From the NCBI RefSeq assembly GCF_964204645.1, contig NC_134027.1, forward strand, positions 14,292,485-14,356,484: a stretch of 64,000 nt of DNA. Reading direction: 5' to 3'. Shown piece by piece: positions 59,610 to 64,000 of this stretch (positions are counted from its first letter, which is position 1; each line of letters starts with the position of its first letter). The notes below the pieces were generated by a model. The model ran no database searches. It was not told the DNA's origin and worked only from the letters and a program-made list of their open reading frames with translations. A program made the translations under genes and the position numbers. The stretch is from Tubulanus polymorphus (Eukaryota > Animalia > Nemertea).

Positions 59610-61068
59610 ATGGCAGAAGGTGGAGAAGATTATGAAATGGAAAACATGGGAAATAATGATGATGTCAATACTAACAATGATGATTATATGACTGCTGATA
59701 CTAATATTGATAATGATAATGATACAACATATAATACTAATTTAGCAGATGTGGTTCTAAAGCCCCATCAACAGAGGAATATATTAGAAGAACTAGATCG
59801 AGAATAAAACCTGAAAATGAAAATCAAGGTTTATCAAGACAAGATTTAGAAAATAATGAATTTATGTATAAATTCAAACCTGTATTTAAAGATTCTGGAT
59901 ATAATATAAATGCCAGAGGTGCCAGACTTTTAGTACAAGAATTAAAACTTTTAGATAATGGTGAATATTATTATCATTTGAAAGATGATTATTATATAAC
60001 TATCACTTATAAAAATCAAAATATAATATTAGCAGAATCAACTTTGAGAAAATTAGAAACATTTAGAATTAAAAGAATAAGTAAAAGTAATGAAATAGAA
60101 AATGTTACACAAGAAGAAATAAATCAAAATAAAAGAGTATTCAAACAAAGAATTGAAAAACTATTTGAAACAATTGATAATAATTTAGAAAAAGAAACAA
60201 CTTCTGAACAGAATAAAACTTCCAAAACTAGTAAACTTAAATCAAACAAAGTTCAAACTGAAAAACTTTTACCGAATGGATTACTTGATGCAACAGATCA
60301 AGAAATAGAAGCTTTAAGTATGTTTTCCAAAAAAAACAATTAGAGAATTTATTAGTATACGAAATGAAGCTGATAAAATTGCGCGCGATAAAAATATTAG
60401 ATATAATAAAATTAAACCTTTAGAAAATAAATTATTTGACACCAGAAAAGAATTAGAACAATTAAAATTAGATAGAGAATTTAAAGTTATTGATGAAATT
60501 GAATTTAAAAAAAGAAATGCATATTTAGAAAAAGAAATTGATGATTTAGAATATAACATAGAATTTCAGAAAGAAAAAATGAAATTATTATTAAAATCAT
60601 ATGATTATTGTATTAATAGATTAAAATTTGTTGTTAAAGAGTTAATACTAAAACCAAATTCTGACATATCACTAAAAGATAGAATAAAATCATTATTAAA
60701 GTTTGAAGGAATAACAATTCTTTCACAATTCTAACAGCTGTAACTATGGTATTCACAACAATCGGTTTAGCTATATCAAATGCTTTAAAATCTACACCTA
60801 CTCCCAAAAAACCAGATAAACCCCCGAATGATAATAATTCTATACAAGATAAAGTTAAAGATGGTTTAAAGAAATTAGCAAAATATTTATGGGAACTATC
60901 TAAAAAAATCCTCTGCAGCATTGCCCGGAGTTATTGCGTCAATTGTTGGTTTTATATTGAAATCTGCAGGAAACATTATTAACTTTGCTGCTGAACATAT
61001 TATTTTATTTTTAATTACAGTTGTAAGTGCTATTATTTTTGGGTTTAGTAAACATAATCAAAAATAAA
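59610..61068 (+). pseudogene. Coiled-coil/hydrophobic protein, multiple frameshifts
   Basis: Fragments 59610, 59864 and 60746 are homologous to 51489..52655. Confidence 0.7.
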
Positions 61069-61091
61069 TAATTAATTTCTTTGTTAAATAA

Positions 61092-61966
61092 ATGAGTGGG
61101 AGTTATATCAATCCTTCTAAGAATCATAGAATATCTAATGCTATTAAAGCAGAAAGATCACATCATATAATTACTCATAACCCTTCAAATATTAATCCTG
61201 ATGAGACTTTGAATTGATAAATAATAATGCGCCTTCATATAAATACGCAATTCAAGAAGACGTTATATTCGAAATAACATTTGCTCCTGTTAATAAAATT
61301 GTAATATCTGGCGTTAATAAAGATATGAGTTATAAATTATCGAATATATGTTTAGAATATAAAACAGTAACTGATGAAAATATTTCAAGTATAATTCAAA
61401 CTAAATACAATCAAGGATTTTCATTATTATATGATTATATTGATAAATTTAAAACTGTAACTATTAATGCAAATGATGAAATAATTAATGAGAATATTAA
61501 CTTCCCAAGAAGATCCATTAAAGGTATATTAATATTTTTTACCATTGCAACATATACTAATGGAGCAATAAATGTTGATAATTATTATAATCCTGAAATA
61601 ACAAAAGTAGAAATAACTATCGAAGGAATGGCAAATAAAATATTTTGTCAAGGAATGAGAATGATTGATCAATGGCCAGAAATTAGAAAACATTTTATGA
61701 ATGAAAAGGTGAAATCATCTGAAAATTGTAATATTAATCAAATTGATTATTATACCGGGAATAAATACGCACTATGGTTAGATTTTAGAACAACAGAGGA
61801 TAATTCATTACATGGTTCTGGAAAAAAACTACAGAACACTAAAGATGGAATGCAATTATTCATGACAAAGAATAAAGGAATCAAAAATTTCAAAATGCAC
61901 ATTTATATTATATCTGACGCGCAATTAAATATTGTAAATTCTCAATTAAATAGTGTTATGTATTAG
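61092..61966 (+). pseudogene. Major capsid protein with ~370-bp internal deletion
   Basis: PDETL joined to ELINN at ACTTT microhomology, relative to 50239..51468. Confidence 0.75.
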
Positions 61967-61998
61967 AATTTTAATTTTAATAAAAAATTTTATAATAA

Positions 61999-62775
61999 AT
62001 GGAAGGAGGTAAAGTATATAAACATATTCCATACATCTATACACATGAAAATAATGATGGCTTATATTATGTAATACCTTGTAATATAGCTTTGATATTT
62101 GATCCTATTTTCAAAATTTATAAAACTAAACTAATAGAAATCGATAATAATAAAAGTGGTGTTGTTGATAATTTAAGTAATGTAATTGATAATAATGTAA
62201 TACCTTCTACATCTAATAATGTAATACCTTCTACATCTAATAATGCAATACCTTCTACATCTAATAATGTAATACCTTCTACATCAAATAATGAAATAAT
62301 ATTAAATATTAGTGAAAATAGAAATTATTGTGATTATTGTAAAGGTGAATTTTCAAACGCTCCATCAAATTGGTATAAACATATGAATACAAAGGTACAT
62401 ATTACTAATGTTATAGAACGTGTTGGTTTAAGAGAATTTATAGAACACCCATTTAGATATGTTACGAAGTTTGTTTCAAATAAAAAAGTAAATGGTAAAG
62501 AATTATATGAAGATTTATTATTAGCAACACCTAATAAAGATGAATTAGATTTAACCGATGCTAATAAAATATTAGGATCAAACATTGTAAATGAAATATT
62601 AGAAGCAAATACTAATAAAGATGATAATGAAAATATAGTTACAGATAAGCATATTGATAATAAAGATTCTATGAAACATAAAGTAGAATATAATTATAAA
62701 TTTGATTGGATGAATAAGCATGACAATGAAACAACTATTGATGATGCGGTAAAAAGGATGAACAGGGAAGTGTGA
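61999..62775 (+). CDS. NNVIPSTS-repeat/Zn-finger protein, C-terminus truncated
   Basis: Homologue of 49358..50188. Confidence 0.65.
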   Translation: MEGGKVYKHIPYIYTHENNDGLYYVIPCNIALIFDPIFKIYKTKLIEIDNNKSGVVDNLSNVIDNNVIPSTSNNVIPSTSNNAIPSTSNNVIPSTSNNEIILNISENRNYCDYCKGEFSNAPSNWYKHMNTKVHITNVIERVGLREFIEHPFRYVTKFVSNKKVNGKELYEDLLLATPNKDELDLTDANKILGSNIVNEILEANTNKDDNENIVTDKHIDNKDSMKHKVEYNYKFDWMNKHDNETTIDDAVKRMNREV

Positions 62776-63227
62776 TGAGATGGAATACGGACGCTATTGT
62801 GCAGCTCTTGTCGAATGTGCGTTGTAATTGCCCTAAAGCCGATAACGGTTCGTCGGCGAGCGCTTTGTTACGTAACGCGCCGATAAGCGATAACCAGCGA
62901 GATCGGGAATCTCCGTAATAATTCAGTTGTTTCCGAATATCGGTTTTTCATCCCTTTAATAAACTTATATAAAAATTCCTCTGTAAACTGGTTAAACTCA
63001 ACACCTGATTTCCCCTCATCAATTTTAGTCGATCAACTTGTATTCACAATTGTCTTAAATTTAAGTGCCCCCTAGTTTGTCTCTTAACTGCTTCTCTTTA
63101 ATCTGTTTTAGCGTGTAACTGTTTCTACGTTAATTTTCCTTTAGTTAGTATCATCTCTGATTTCTTGAATTAGTCTCTTTGTCTCTGGATTGTATATATC
63201 TCTCATAATTTCTGTAGTATTCATTAT

Positions 63228-63278
63228 TTCTGAAGATGACTATTAGGACATAGACGAAACGTTGAATAAACTACTAAC
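63228..63278 (+). ncRNA. Penelope-type minimal hammerhead ribozyme-like motif
   Basis: CTGAAGA-TGACTA-ttaggaca-TAGAC-GAAAC-GTT: CUGANGA and GAAA cores around an imperfect stem II. Confidence 0.45.
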
Positions 63279-63447
63279 ATTTTTAATTGGACTTTTTCGT
63301 TATCATTGTGGGATTCTCTCTACATCGCTTCAGACGGATATAGTGTTTTATCAATCGTGATATCGGTTCTTTCCGCTGTATTAAAATGGCAACGGTTGTC
63401 AACGAAATTATAAATGATGACGATTTTGACGATCTATTCTTTGATAG

Positions 63448-64000
63448 TGACGAATTGGTTCAGATCGATACGGAAATATTACGGGAATCCTCTGGATCAG
63501 GATCAACTAATTCGGCCGATTCTAGTGAGTGTTATTCCTTTTGAATCAATGAAATATCGGAATAGTTTCCACCTAATTGCAGGCACTTTATTCTTTCCTT
63601 TTCTTTTTCATATAGGTACTACTCAGGCTCAGCTGACCAGAGACTGCGATCTGAACACGAGAAAACACACATACAGGTATTTTTTACATTTATTTTTATA
63701 ATCAATACAATCCTTTTAGGTTATAAAATAATAAACGAATACAGAAAATAATATATAAACATAATATAAAAAATCCAGATAAGTACATGTAAAAATAATA
63801 ATAATTATTATTATTTTCGCAGGAACACTATATATTTGGAAAAGGCTATGACTGAAGTGATTAACCATCGAGTATTTAAATTCAGTTCAAATGGAATGGC
63901 AGCAGTACATTATGGAAAATCGATCGATAAAATTTTGACTACAAATACGTCGCCGTCCAGACTTGGAATTAACCAGTGGTTTACATGTCCATTGTTTTAA
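63448..64000 (+). CDS. Possible 3' exons of an unidentified spliced gene (63448-63524, 63616-63676, 63823-64000)
   Basis: AG/GT boundaries with compatible phases give one open frame to TAA at 63998; no recognised domain. Confidence 0.3.

Larger units (their letters stand above)
59012..62757 (+). mobile_element. Polinton D = continuation of B, truncated at ~62757
   Basis: Resumes LICILGAQVETRSP. Collinear with C until ...DDAVK, after which homology ends. Confidence 0.88.

Overview
Eukaryotic (probably marine invertebrate; weak inference) repeat-dense window with no confidently identifiable host gene, built as a nest of mobile DNA. (1) A 31-bp palindromic satellite occurs at 1728-16815 and, inverted, at 39208-42680 and 43837-44128. 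It lies inside non-autonomous Helentron/HINE-like elements that also carry a 1.1-kb unique segment and a CR1/L2-type RT fragment. (2) Polinton/Maverick A (16816-28550, left end lost) encodes penton, rve integrase, packaging ATPase and an intronless TATA-binding-protein homologue. Its pPolB appears fused, through four phase-0 GT-AG introns, to seven zinc fingers. Its right end carries a CRE/ETS/YY1 motif cluster. (3) A second, very AT-rich Polinton family with an EndoVII-type pPolB is present twice. Copy B/D (29373-36938 + 59012-62757) is split mid-gene by a HINE (36939-44496). Copy C (44497-59002) inserted into the 3' tip of that HINE, with AG...CT ends and a 6-bp TSD. Copy C has ~410-bp fold-back palindromes at both termini, TAAATG starts on most genes, an HNH nuclease remnant, a 2.4-kb pPolB deletion and no recognisable protease. 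The most striking signals are the Polinton-borne TBP with spliced ZnF-pPolB, and the hairpin-ended TAAATG Polinton. All calls come from motif reading by eye; no database searches were run.
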